Source: Fibrobacteria bacterium
GTDB lineage: Bacteria > Fibrobacterota > Chitinivibrionia > Chitinivibrionales > FEN-1185
DNA length: 64,000 bases
Direction: 5' to 3'
NCBI GenBank assembly: GCA_037447435.1
Contig: JBBIGR010000006.1
Location: 32,001 to 96,000 of the forward strand
A program made the translations under genes and the position numbers. Shown piece after piece: positions 29,557 to 39,242 of this stretch. Numbering within the stretch: the first letter of the stretch is position 1; the number at the start of each line of letters is the position of its first letter. The notes beneath the pieces were generated by a model, which was not told the origin of the DNA, did not search any database, and was given only the letters and a program-made list of their open reading frames with translations.

Positions 29557-30492
29557 ATGAAACCTGTTTACATCAGAGACTTCGACCTGCTTGTCATCGG
29601 TGAAACATTCATTGAAATCGGATGCGACGGCGACATAGCCCTGGCAAAAGAATACCGCAAAGACATCGGCGGCGCCGACATCATCACCGGCGTCACCGCG
29701 GCACGGCTCGGATCGAGCGTTTCACTCGTTTCGGCGATTGCGGCCGATCCGTTTCACTCATTCATCCGGGAAGCACTGCTTTCTCAGGGTGTCAATATCG
29801 ACCATACGATTACCAGCCAGGGATACAACGGCCTTTACTTTACCAGTCCGCGTGCGAGCGAGCAGCGGGAATACCTGTTTCATAGGCCGGGGACTGCGGC
29901 ATCGTCCATTACGCCGTCCCTTATTTACGACGATCTCATCGAAAACAGCAAAATCGTGTATGCATCAAGCGAATTGCAATCGGTATCCAAAGCCGCACGC
30001 CATACGGTTTTCAAAGCGTTCCATCACGCCCATATCAACGACATTATGGTCGCGTATGACCCGAATTTACGGCTTCGCCTGTGGTCCCTTGACGATGCGA
30101 AAGAATGCCTGTGGAGCGTTTTGCCTCTTGTCGACGTCATGCTGCCTTCGGCGCCCGACGAATCGAAGGCATTGTTCGGATACGAACGCCCCCTCGACGT
30201 CATCGGTTTTTTATGGGACAGGGGCGTTTCGATTGTTGCCGTTAAAAACGGAGAAAAAGGGTGTTTGGTAGGATACGACAGTAAGATCGAAGAATTCCCC
30301 ATGCCGCAGGGCAAAGGGACCGTGACCGACGTGACGCTTATCGGCAGCGTTTTCAACGGCGGTTTTCTCCACTGCATCGCACGAGGGTTCGATCCGTTTT
30401 CCGCAGCGCAATTCGCCAACAACGTCGCTCTTTACAAAGGAATAAAAGGCGGTTCCATTTCGTCGCTGCCCACCAAAGAAGATCTTGCGTGA
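29557..30492 (+). CDS. PfkB-family sugar-kinase-like protein with degenerate catalytic motif
   Basis: VIGE, IGGA...AARLG, YDPNLRLRLW, VAVKNGEKG; DVTLIGSVFNGGFL in place of DTTGAGDAF. Confidence 0.82.
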   Translation: MKPVYIRDFDLLVIGETFIEIGCDGDIALAKEYRKDIGGADIITGVTAARLGSSVSLVSAIAADPFHSFIREALLSQGVNIDHTITSQGYNGLYFTSPRASEQREYLFHRPGTAASSITPSLIYDDLIENSKIVYASSELQSVSKAARHTVFKAFHHAHINDIMVAYDPNLRLRLWSLDDAKECLWSVLPLVDVMLPSAPDESKALFGYERPLDVIGFLWDRGVSIVAVKNGEKGCLVGYDSKIEEFPMPQGKGTVTDVTLIGSVFNGGFLHCIARGFDPFSAAQFANNVALYKGIKGGSISSLPTKEDLA

Positions 30493-31508
30493 AACCGCAA
30501 TCCTGGTTCATAACGATTCCTCCGTTCGGCGCTGCCCGGGAAGTCGGCCTCCAATGCGCCGCCGCATTCGAACAACTCCTTGGAAAAACGCATTGTAAAA
30601 CGTTCGATTGCAAAACCTATCTGGATTTTTTTTCCGCTGCGCTGAAAAATCCCGAAGAATCCGTGGTCGTCGATTTGGTCAATCATGTTTTGACCGTACA
30701 ATGCCTTGCACAAAAAGCAACCCATTGCCTTGTGTGCGCATTGTCGCCGGTGACCCTTTTTACGCTCAATCTTTTGCGGTCGTATTCGGTGAAAACATGC
30801 CACTGGTTTTATGAAGATTATAAAAAAGCCGTATACTGGAAAGACGTTTTAGCGGGGTACGATTACTTTTTCGCAATACAAAAGGGACCGGTGGAAGCCG
30901 CGTGCGCGGCAGCGGGCAACACGTATCGCTTCTTGCCGACCGCCGCAGGCCCGTACCATCAATTGCCTTTGCTTTTTCAGAATCAGCCGCTTCCCAAGAC
31001 CCATGACGTCGCGTTTGTCGGCGTTCCGACCCCCTATCGCATCGGCATCCTCGAACAGTTCAAAAAAAACGGTATTTCGCTGGTCATCGCAGGACTGGGC
31101 TGGGAAACGTATCGCGGCGAGCTTGAACCTTGTATCGCGAATTCTAAATGGACAGACGGGAAACAGGTCGATACGATTTTAAAAAGCGCAAAAATCGGTA
31201 TTAACCTGTCTATGAATTCTCCCGCTTTCGACATTGAAAACACGCATATCAGTCCCCGGGTGTTCGACGTTTTAGCCGCAGGACTTGCCCTGGTTACCGA
31301 AAAAGTGCCCTTACTGGATGCAACGCTCTCCGGTATCGCTTACCGGACGTTTTCCGATGGGGCCGAGGCCGTAAACGCGGTGCGTCTCGCGTTGTCGGAA
31401 TACGATGCCGCCGCCGAGGAACGTTTGCACAATAAAGCAGTCATCGAATCCGCCCATACCTATGGTGCGAGAGCAAAAACAATACTGGAAACAACGGGAC
31501 AACCATGA
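30489..31508 (+). CDS. CgeB-like (Glyco_trans_1_2) glycosyltransferase
   Basis: HWFYED, HDVAFVG...YR, AGLGW, AKIGINL, ISPRVFDVLAAG, HTY..RA; GTGA overlap with the upstream gene. Confidence 0.8.
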   Translation: MKPQSWFITIPPFGAAREVGLQCAAAFEQLLGKTHCKTFDCKTYLDFFSAALKNPEESVVVDLVNHVLTVQCLAQKATHCLVCALSPVTLFTLNLLRSYSVKTCHWFYEDYKKAVYWKDVLAGYDYFFAIQKGPVEAACAAAGNTYRFLPTAAGPYHQLPLLFQNQPLPKTHDVAFVGVPTPYRIGILEQFKKNGISLVIAGLGWETYRGELEPCIANSKWTDGKQVDTILKSAKIGINLSMNSPAFDIENTHISPRVFDVLAAGLALVTEKVPLLDATLSGIAYRTFSDGAEAVNAVRLALSEYDAAAEERLHNKAVIESAHTYGARAKTILETTGQP

Positions 31509-32173
31509 ACACGTATTCCATTCCGAAAATCGACTACCCGAATCAAACGGCGCCTTCACACGAGGCGTCCGTGTGGACGGAAATACCGCCATTGACAATT
31601 TCTAATTTTCGTCCGGAAAGTTCCGACCATCGGCCCCAAACCGCGGTGCGAATGTTCCATAACGACTCGGCGGTGTATGTATTGTTCGACGTCGAGGACA
31701 ATTTTGTCAAATGCACAAGAACCGAGTATCAAAGCGACGTGTGGCGGGATTCCTGTGTCGAGTGGTTTGTAAGCCCAAAAAGCGGTTGCGGTTATTTTAA
31801 TTTTGAAATCAACTGCATCGGGACGCTCCACGTCTATTTCATCGAAGACCCGGTCAGGATAAACGGAAAATTAAAAAAATCCACGCCGATATCCTATGAT
31901 ATCGGAAAGCTCGTTTCGATTGTCTCGTCGGTCGGGGCGCCCATAGCCGTCGAATCGACTATTCCGTCGAAGTGGCATATCGCAATGGCCGTTCCGCTGA
32001 TTTTCTTCGAACATTTTGTCGGGCCGGTCGGGAAATTGTCGAATCAGAAATGGCGTGCGAATTTCAATAAATGCGCAGACCAGTCGTCTCACCCTGCCTG
32101 GGCAACCTGGAACCCGGTCGCGGAATTGAATTTTCACCGGCCGCAGGATTTTGGGGAAATAGTTTTCGCGTAA
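31505..32173 (+). CDS. CBM9-like family protein (no signal peptide)
   Basis: VWRDSCVEWFVSP, YFNFEINCIG, WRANFNKC, FHRPQDFG; ATGA overlap. Confidence 0.82.
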   Translation: MNTYSIPKIDYPNQTAPSHEASVWTEIPPLTISNFRPESSDHRPQTAVRMFHNDSAVYVLFDVEDNFVKCTRTEYQSDVWRDSCVEWFVSPKSGCGYFNFEINCIGTLHVYFIEDPVRINGKLKKSTPISYDIGKLVSIVSSVGAPIAVESTIPSKWHIAMAVPLIFFEHFVGPVGKLSNQKWRANFNKCADQSSHPAWATWNPVAELNFHRPQDFGEIVFA

Positions 32174-32207
32174 TCGCGTGATCTCGCAATCACGTAACCG
32201 AGGGTCG

Positions 32208-33788
32208 TTATTCTTCTTCGGTAAACTCAAACGGATAATTGACGGTCAGGTTGCCGAGGCTGTCGGAAACCGACTTGAACTTCCAGTTTTTAATTTGTTT
32301 GATGATTTCATCTTCGAATACCTTGTCGCCCATCGAGGACCGCACGATGGACGCGTTGTCGATTCCGCCGTCCGGCCGAATGGATATTTCCATGACCATT
32401 TTTCCGGATAACTTGACGCCCTGGCGAAGACGGCGATTGTAAATGTAGCGCAATTGCGACGAGTAATCGTCGATTACCGATTTCAGTTCGGTCGGCCGCC
32501 GAAACGGGTTTTCTTCGAGCGCTTTGCGGCGTTCAAGTTCCTTCATATCGCTTGCCGACAAGGTGCCCTGGGAAATAAGTTCGTTTCGAAGTTTTTCTAT
32601 GTCCTGGCGTTTCTTTTCCTCTTTTTCTCCGGTCAAGTCGAGACTGCCGATTTTATTGATCATGTTCATGAGGCTGTCGTCTACCGGGGTCCGTGTTTTT
32701 CCGTTGTTTTTTTTCTGATCGGCCATCAGCTCTTTGCGAAGCGAGCTTTCGGAAACGAGGGTCGCGTATTGTTCGACTTTATTGACAAATCCCTGATCCT
32801 GATACACCGACAATTGACGCCTCGCTTCGTCGGCGACCTGCTTTTTCTGCTCGTAAAATTCTCCCATCATAAGCATGCGACGGTTTGCCTGTTTTGCCCA
32901 TATCCTCGATTTGTCGTCCCTGATGACCTTTTGATACGTCATCATCGCTTCTTCGCTTTCGCCGAGTTCCTCATGGGAACGGCCTTTAAAATAGCTCGCT
33001 TTCCACGCCAGCGAGTCGACCGGTTTCTCCTGGAGAAATATGGACAGGTATTTAATTGCGTTTCTATAATCCATGAGCAGGTAGAATTGATGGGCCTTAT
33101 CGAAATACGACATTTTTTCCTGTTCGAGTCCCGAGCGCTGCTTTTCCATGGCCGCGATAAAATCGAGCAGCCGCCACGCTAAAATGCCCGCTTCGGTATT
33201 CGGGTATAGCGCAATGACCCGTTCGTACATCAGTTTGGCAATTTCATATTCGCTGAGCATCGAATGGCAAAAAGCCTTATGCAGCAATACGGCGGCCTTG
33301 ATTTCGGGCCTCACATTCGATTGCAGGATGACCTGATCGTAAATTTTGATCGCTTCGGAATATTTTCTGTTGCGTTCCCAGAAATAGCCTATTTCCAGCA
33401 CATTGAGGATTTTGTCCTCTTCCTTCAAATTGATGATTTCTTTACCGAGTAAAATCCGTATCCCGTTGAGCACGGTGCGCACCGGGACGCGGGCGATCGT
33501 TTTCCTCCACGTCACGGGTTTTTCCGCCGTTTTTTCATCGGAAGTCAATGCCTGGACCTTTGCCTCCAATTCGTAGTTCGAATTGCTTTCCTCGCCGAAC
33601 TGCATCCGGTTCTTGATAAGTTCATATTTACCGATAATACCGAGCGAATTGGACACATCCTGGCCCGATGCGATTTTGCCGAGCAAATAGCTCATTTCCT
33701 CGATGCGGATGTCGATGAGCCCGATGTTGAATAAAACCGTGAGGCCCAAAAGAAGGAGTACGAGGAATATCCTGAAATAGGTTTTCAT
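32208..33788 (-). CDS. Membrane-anchored TPR protein with C-terminal TonB/AgmX-PglI-like domain
   Basis: N-terminal TM; TPRs (YSEAIKIYDQVI, AKLMYERVIALYPNT); C-terminal LRYIYNRRL...LSGKMVMEISIRPDG..V..SSM.D..FE..I...IKNWKF....TVNYPFEF. Confidence 0.8.
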   Translation of the reverse strand: MKTYFRIFLVLLLLGLTVLFNIGLIDIRIEEMSYLLGKIASGQDVSNSLGIIGKYELIKNRMQFGEESNSNYELEAKVQALTSDEKTAEKPVTWRKTIARVPVRTVLNGIRILLGKEIINLKEEDKILNVLEIGYFWERNRKYSEAIKIYDQVILQSNVRPEIKAAVLLHKAFCHSMLSEYEIAKLMYERVIALYPNTEAGILAWRLLDFIAAMEKQRSGLEQEKMSYFDKAHQFYLLMDYRNAIKYLSIFLQEKPVDSLAWKASYFKGRSHEELGESEEAMMTYQKVIRDDKSRIWAKQANRRMLMMGEFYEQKKQVADEARRQLSVYQDQGFVNKVEQYATLVSESSLRKELMADQKKNNGKTRTPVDDSLMNMINKIGSLDLTGEKEEKKRQDIEKLRNELISQGTLSASDMKELERRKALEENPFRRPTELKSVIDDYSSQLRYIYNRRLRQGVKLSGKMVMEISIRPDGGIDNASIVRSSMGDKVFEDEIIKQIKNWKFKSVSDSLGNLTVNYPFEFTEEE

Positions 33789-33797
33789 AGGTCACAT

Positions 33798-35183
33798 TCA
33801 CTGCGGTAACGGCGGACGAGGCGCCGCGGGTTTTTGCTCCACGGACAATCCGGTCGTCGGGCTGAGCGGACCGGTACGACGATCGATGGCATAGCAAGAC
33901 CCGTCTATACTCTTCACATATTTTTTCACTTCGGCCGCCACCTGAATCATTTCGGCATGCCGGCGGAACGGTCTGGTCTTATTGGACACAACCGCGACCG
34001 AAACGCTCATTAAAGGAAACCGTTGCCGCTCGCCGCGACGGTTTATCGATTCGATAAATCCGTTTCGCGCATCGATACTGTTGTAAAACTGGTAAATCCC
34101 GCGGTCGAACAGCGTGATGAACGACTTTGCGATGTCTTCCCAATATTGATAATCGCAAATGATGACGAAATCGTCGCCGCCTTCATGGCCGACGAACACG
34201 TTCTTCACGTCTTTGCGTTTTGAGACCGACATGAGGCAATCGCGGGTATACAGGATGGCTTCATCGCCTTTTGTAAATCCATATTTGTCGTTATACGCCT
34301 TGAAATTGTCCAGATCGCAATAGAGCACGCAAATGACCCGGCCGCCGACGAGGCAATCGTCGATGTATTTGGCAATGGACAAATTGCCCGGGAGACCCGT
34401 GAGCGGATTGGCGCCGCGCGCTTCGTCGCGCATGCGCTGCAACGCGACGCTCATTTCGTTGAACGAGGAAGCCAGGCGTCCGATTTCGTCGTCGCGCACG
34501 ATAGGAACGCGTATGTCCAGTTTTCCTTGCGCTATGAGATGCGTCGCTTCGTTTAATTTACGCAACGGGAACAATATCATTTTCGAGAACAGCATCGCAA
34601 AACCGATGTGTATGGCAATGATGAGAAGGCTGATGACGATGCATTGGCGATACAGATAATTCATTTGCTTGTCGATGTCGATCATGAACAGGGTTATTGC
34701 GGCCACGCCGATTTTGTCGCCCTCGTACGAATACGGGATGTACAAATAGATTTTTTTGGTTTTTCGGTCCACGATATGGTAAAAAAGCTTGTCCTCGAAC
34801 CCTTTTTTCGTGATTGCCATATTGATGTTTTTCATATCGTCGACCGTGGCCTCGGTCCTTTGCACCTGCTCATTGTCCTTGATATCGACAAATACCGTGC
34901 CCGATTCGCTGAACAAGGTCATGTCCTTGATCCCGAGTTGCCCCGCTTCCCTGAGGATTTTATTGATATTGACGACATTCATACCGCCGCCGGCGGCTTC
35001 GATATTGTCGAGCCGGTATTTGAAATTCGATGCCTTTAATTGGCTGTTGAGTATGGCGTTTTCGGCAATGAGGTCGAGTTGGTTTTCGAAAACCATGAGA
35101 ACGAATATCGAGACGTTCAGAATGGTCACGAATATGTATATGACCGCCGTCTTCAGGATAATGGATTTTGTATTTATCCTCAT
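33798..35183 (-). CDS. Membrane-bound HAMP-GGDEF diguanylate cyclase-like protein
   Basis: Two TMs; HAMP (PLRKL...DEIGRLASSFNEM); NPLTGLPGN, DLDNFKAYNDKYGF..GD, GGDDF; start MRINTKS. Confidence 0.88.
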   Translation of the reverse strand: MRINTKSIILKTAVIYIFVTILNVSIFVLMVFENQLDLIAENAILNSQLKASNFKYRLDNIEAAGGGMNVVNINKILREAGQLGIKDMTLFSESGTVFVDIKDNEQVQRTEATVDDMKNINMAITKKGFEDKLFYHIVDRKTKKIYLYIPYSYEGDKIGVAAITLFMIDIDKQMNYLYRQCIVISLLIIAIHIGFAMLFSKMILFPLRKLNEATHLIAQGKLDIRVPIVRDDEIGRLASSFNEMSVALQRMRDEARGANPLTGLPGNLSIAKYIDDCLVGGRVICVLYCDLDNFKAYNDKYGFTKGDEAILYTRDCLMSVSKRKDVKNVFVGHEGGDDFVIICDYQYWEDIAKSFITLFDRGIYQFYNSIDARNGFIESINRRGERQRFPLMSVSVAVVSNKTRPFRRHAEMIQVAAEVKKYVKSIDGSCYAIDRRTGPLSPTTGLSVEQKPAAPRPPLPQ

Positions 35184-35278
35184 TGAGCTTTTGCCTCTCA
35201 TTGTGCAAGGGCCATAACCGATGCCGGTGATTTGGAGGGTAATGGCCGTAAAACAGCAACGTATGACGAAACGGTTTC

Positions 35279-36631
35279 TTATTCTTTCGCCATGCCGTAT
35301 TCGTTCAGTTTGTTCCGGAGCGTCCGTATGGAAATACCGAGCAAATTCGCCGCCTTGGTCCTGTTCTCGTTGCAATGCGCAAGCGTCTGAATGATCAATT
35401 CCTTTTCGACCGACGCAATGGTCGCGCCCGGCTTCAAGGCGTCGCCATCGGCCCCGGGCCCTGCTTTGTAAAGCGACATTTTAAACATTTCCGGTTTAAT
35501 AAGCCCGTTTCTGGTCAAAACGACCGCCCGTTCGACCGCGTTTTCCAATTCCCGAATGTTACCGGGCCAATCATATTCGTTGAGAATCTCCATGCATCCT
35601 TTTCCAAGGCCCTCTATGGCCAGCCCGTTTTCCCTGTTAAAGCGTTCGGTGAAATGGTCGACAAGCTGCCCGATGTCTTCTTTTCTTTCGCGAAGCGGCG
35701 GCAAATGAATGCGTATGACGTTAAGCCGGTAAAAAAGGTCTTCCCTGAATTTCCCGTCTTTCACTTCTTTGTCAAGGTCGCGATTCGTTGTCGCGACAAG
35801 GCGGATGTCCACTTCGATGGGATCGTCGCCGCCGACCTTGTTGATTTCACGTTCCTGCAATACCCGCAATAATTTCGCCTGCATCGACACCTGCATTTCG
35901 CCGATTTCGTCGAGCAACAGCGTGCCGCCGGAGGCGAGTTCGAATTTGCCGAGCCTTCTGTTGAGCGCGCCGGTAAAGGCGCCTTTTTCGTGACCGAACA
36001 ATTCGGATTCGATGAGCCCCTCGGGCAAAGCGGCGCAATTGACTTTTACAAAAGGCTTGTTGTGGCGGGGACTTTGATAATGTATCGCCCGCGCGATCAT
36101 TTCCTTGCCCGTTCCGCTTTCACCGGTGACAAGCACGGTCGAACGGCTGTCGGCAACGGTTTTTACCAAAGACCGTATGTCTTCGATCGATTGTGCCTTT
36201 CCCACGTAGTCCCATTGCTTCGTGATAACCGATTTCAGGGTTTTATTTTCCCGTAATAATTGCCGGTATTGCAACAGCTGCTCTACTTTCAAATCGAGAC
36301 GGGTGGACAGGTCCTGGGTCTTTTCCAGAAAATCGCTGGCGCCTTTTTTGACCGCGTCGACGGCGATGTCTATTGTCCCGAATGCGGTCATGATCAAAAA
36401 GGGAGTGTCGACGTCCATTTTCCTGATTTTTTCGAGCAATTCTATGCCGTTCATACCCGGCATCTTGAAATCGGAAATAATAAGATCGAAAATCGACGTG
36501 GCCAGGATGGAAAGCGCCGAGCCGCCGTCGCCCATCGCGACGATATCGTGTCCCCTGCGTTTCAATGTCTCGCTGATCGATTCCCTCATGTAATCGTCGT
36601 CGTCGACGATAAGGATTTTACGTTTGTCCAT
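35279..36631 (-). CDS. Sigma54-dependent response regulator (FleR/FlrC/FlgR-like)
   Basis: REC ILIVDDD..SDFKMP; GESGTGKE, GAFTGA, LLDEIGE, FREDLFYRL, WPGNIREL; HTH LGISIRTLRNKL. Confidence 0.92.
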   Translation of the reverse strand: MDKRKILIVDDDDYMRESISETLKRRGHDIVAMGDGGSALSILATSIFDLIISDFKMPGMNGIELLEKIRKMDVDTPFLIMTAFGTIDIAVDAVKKGASDFLEKTQDLSTRLDLKVEQLLQYRQLLRENKTLKSVITKQWDYVGKAQSIEDIRSLVKTVADSRSTVLVTGESGTGKEMIARAIHYQSPRHNKPFVKVNCAALPEGLIESELFGHEKGAFTGALNRRLGKFELASGGTLLLDEIGEMQVSMQAKLLRVLQEREINKVGGDDPIEVDIRLVATTNRDLDKEVKDGKFREDLFYRLNVIRIHLPPLRERKEDIGQLVDHFTERFNRENGLAIEGLGKGCMEILNEYDWPGNIRELENAVERAVVLTRNGLIKPEMFKMSLYKAGPGADGDALKPGATIASVEKELIIQTLAHCNENRTKAANLLGISIRTLRNKLNEYGMAKE

Positions 36632-36679
36632 ACAGCGTGTTGTTCCGTCTATTTTTGTTGTCCCGGCGCCGGATGCTCT

Positions 36680-37951
36680 TTACGCATTCTTCGCTGTGGG
36701 TAGAAATACTTTCATCGTCGTGCCCTTGCCTTCGACGCTGAACACGTCGATATAACCGGCATGCGATTCGACTATTTTTTTGACTATTGCAAGTCCCAAT
36801 CCGGTACCGTTGGCTTTTGTCGTAAAAAACGGATCGAAGATCTTGCCCAAATGTTCCGCCGGTATGCCGCCGCCGGTATCGATAAGCGAAAACGAGACAA
36901 GCCCGGGTTTTTCCTGGTCCGACGAATCCTTGTCGATACGGACGGTAAGCGTCCCGCCCGAAGGCATTGCCTGTACCGCGTTGAGCGACAAATTCATGAC
37001 GACCTGTTGCAGCTTTTCGGGGTCTACCAACACATAAACGCTTTCATTGCCCCATTGTTTGACAATAGACACTTTCTGGTCTTGCCTGTCGATTTCTATC
37101 CCGACGAAATCGATTGTTTCGGACAATAAGTGCTCCAGCGCGACTTTGCGCGGCTGCGGCTTTACAGGCCGGGAATATACCAGAAGGTTGGACATGATCC
37201 GGTTGAGCCTGCCGAGGCCTTCGACGATTTTATTGACCAGTTTCCTGCTGGGATTTTCCTGCGGGATTTCGCGTTCCAGCAAATCGGCCCACATGCCCAT
37301 GGCGCCGAGCGGATTGCGGATTTCATGCGCGACGGTCGCGGCCATTTCGCCCAATGCCGCCATCGTCTTTGCCTGGCGCATTTCCTGTTCCATTGCCTTT
37401 ATTGCCGATACATCGCTGATGATTTCGACCGCGCCCAAAGACGATCCGGCGGGGTCTTGCAACAACGCCGTTTGAAACGATACCGGGACCGGGTGTCCGT
37501 TTTTATGCCAAATGGTTTTTTCGTCGCGCGCCATAACTTTACGGGTACGAACCGCGTGCAGCAAGGTGGATTCTTCGTCCACGCCTTTATGGAAAAAATC
37601 GGCATATTTTTTGTTAAGCACTTCTTCCTGGGAATACCCGGTAATTTCGGACGCGGCTTTGTTGAAATGCGTGATCCGCTCCATGATGTCGACGCCGATG
37701 ACGCCGTTGTTCATGCTTTCCAGAATGCTGCTCAGGTATACCTGCATTTCTTCCTGTTTTTTAAGGCTTTGGGCCAGCTGCTCGTTTTTATTGTCGAGCT
37801 CGATGTTGACTTTTTTGAAATCTTCCTGCATACGACGGTATGCGTCGCTGAGGGTTTCCGCTTTGGCCTGGAAATCCTGAAATGCGGATGCGAGCGCGTC
37901 GAACACCTCTTGCGGGATGCTTTGTTGTTCTTTGGTTTGCATTGCAATCAC
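36680..37951 (-). CDS. Cytoplasmic PAS histidine kinase (FleS/FlrB-like)
   Basis: N-terminal coiled coil AFQDF...LSDAY...; PAS; H-box [34 protein letters not shown]. Confidence 0.9.
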   Translation of the reverse strand: MIAMQTKEQQSIPQEVFDALASAFQDFQAKAETLSDAYRRMQEDFKKVNIELDNKNEQLAQSLKKQEEMQVYLSSILESMNNGVIGVDIMERITHFNKAASEITGYSQEEVLNKKYADFFHKGVDEESTLLHAVRTRKVMARDEKTIWHKNGHPVPVSFQTALLQDPAGSSLGAVEIISDVSAIKAMEQEMRQAKTMAALGEMAATVAHEIRNPLGAMGMWADLLEREIPQENPSRKLVNKIVEGLGRLNRIMSNLLVYSRPVKPQPRKVALEHLLSETIDFVGIEIDRQDQKVSIVKQWGNESVYVLVDPEKLQQVVMNLSLNAVQAMPSGGTLTVRIDKDSSDQEKPGLVSFSLIDTGGGIPAEHLGKIFDPFFTTKANGTGLGLAIVKKIVESHAGYIDVFSVEGKGTTMKVFLPTAKNA

Positions 37952-38325
37952 GAAACCGCCGCCCCTTTCTTGACAACATGCTCAAGATATTTCTTTAATT
38001 GTTCCTCGGCTTCCAAAAACTCGCCGATGGCGCTTTGCGTCGCCTGAAGCACCGAATCGAGCTCCTTGGACTGAGCGGATTGGGCGATGCCGTTCTTGCG
38101 CACCTGCCACAGCTTCACGCATTCTTCGGAAGCGGTCCGTTCCTTGACAATATCGTCGAGTATAAGCTGTTTCTTTTCAAAGCTCGTTTTCAGCCCGCTC
38201 ACATCGCCTCTTGTCAACACAACCTGCGACAGGGTTTTCTGTACGATCGCCGTGAGGTTTTTATACAAAACAAGCTGACGCCGATACGATGCCAATAACG
38301 ATGAAATCAATGTTTTATCATCCAT
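37948..38325 (-). CDS. Small helical protein, FlgN/FliT-like chaperone candidate
   Basis: 125 aa, all-helical pattern; overlaps the kinase start (GTGA); flagellar context. Confidence 0.5.
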   Translation of the reverse strand: MDDKTLISSLLASYRRQLVLYKNLTAIVQKTLSQVVLTRGDVSGLKTSFEKKQLILDDIVKERTASEECVKLWQVRKNGIAQSAQSKELDSVLQATQSAIGEFLEAEEQLKKYLEHVVKKGAAVS

Positions 38326-38608
38326 GAATGGTGGCCGACTTTGAAAAAGTTTTTGTATTCGATCGCTACCGAATAATTATTGTACCACTTCGTGCATTCG
38401 GGCGTCCACAAAGAATTTAAGAGTTTAATTGCCCCGTCGTGTCGCCGTTTATCATATTCATTCCATCATCTCGCTTGGCTATGCCGCTTATTCTTCAATG
38501 GCATAAGCCCGAATAATCACTACTATAAATTTAAGGAAGGAGGTTACGGCAAACTCCCGTGAGGTGAAACCCTGGCCCAGGCGGAAACCGATAAGGACAA
38601 ATTGCAAA

Positions 38609-39223
38609 ATGACTTTATATAAAAACAAATACCGTATCGAATCCGCCAGATTGCTCGGTTGGGATTATTCATCACCCGGATATTATTTCATTACGGTATG
38701 TACCCATAACCGTGAAAATCTGTTCGGCCATATTGACAATGGAACAATGTGTCTGAACGAATACGGCACAATCGTTCAAAATGAATGGGATAAATCGTTT
38801 GTTATCCGCCAAGAATTATTGCCCGATGAATTTGTGGTGATGCCGAATCATTTTCACGGAATTGTGCGCATGGTTGAAACCAGGGACAAAATCGGTGTCA
38901 ATACCGCAATTGTAGAGACGTCCGGCCGGACGTCTCTACGGGAAACAAAACCGCAACCGACGGACCGTCAACCGGAAGAATTCCCGCGAATACACCCGAA
39001 ATCGTTATCATCATTTATGGCCGGGTTCAAATCCGTTGTTACCAAACGGATAAATGAACTCCGCAATACCCCCGGCGTTCCCATGTTACAATACAGATTT
39101 CACGACCACATAATCCGGGATGCGAATGAATTATTCCATATCCGTCAATATATTAAAGACAATCCGCGAAATTGGGAAAGCGATAAATTGAACGGCAGCA
39201 CCGGCAATCGCGTAAATAGTTAG
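38609..39223 (+). mobile_element. REP-associated tyrosine transposase (RAYT, Y1/IS200-like HUH)
   Basis: SARLLGWDYSSPGYYFITVCT, FVVMPNHFHGIV (HUH), FMAGFKS, FHDHIIR, YIKDNP; antisense to the flanking genes. Confidence 0.9.
38912..38939. repeat. GTAG-family REP palindrome inside the RAYT ORF
   Basis: GTAGAGACGTCCGGCCGGACGTCTCTAC equals its own reverse complement. Confidence 0.85.
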
Positions 39224-39242
39224 CCGCATACGACAATCAATT

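Noticed and set aside
38326..38520. Sigma54 promoter for the FlgN-like/FleSR genes
   Set aside because: GG and GC dinucleotides were found but not at the required spacing
38545..38600. Firm call of a c-di-GMP-I or ZTP riboswitch
   Set aside because: Only fragments match (GGCAAAC and a GNRA loop on plus; CGCCTGGGC on minus); the remaining conserved elements are absent or out of order, so it is kept only as an unnamed candidate
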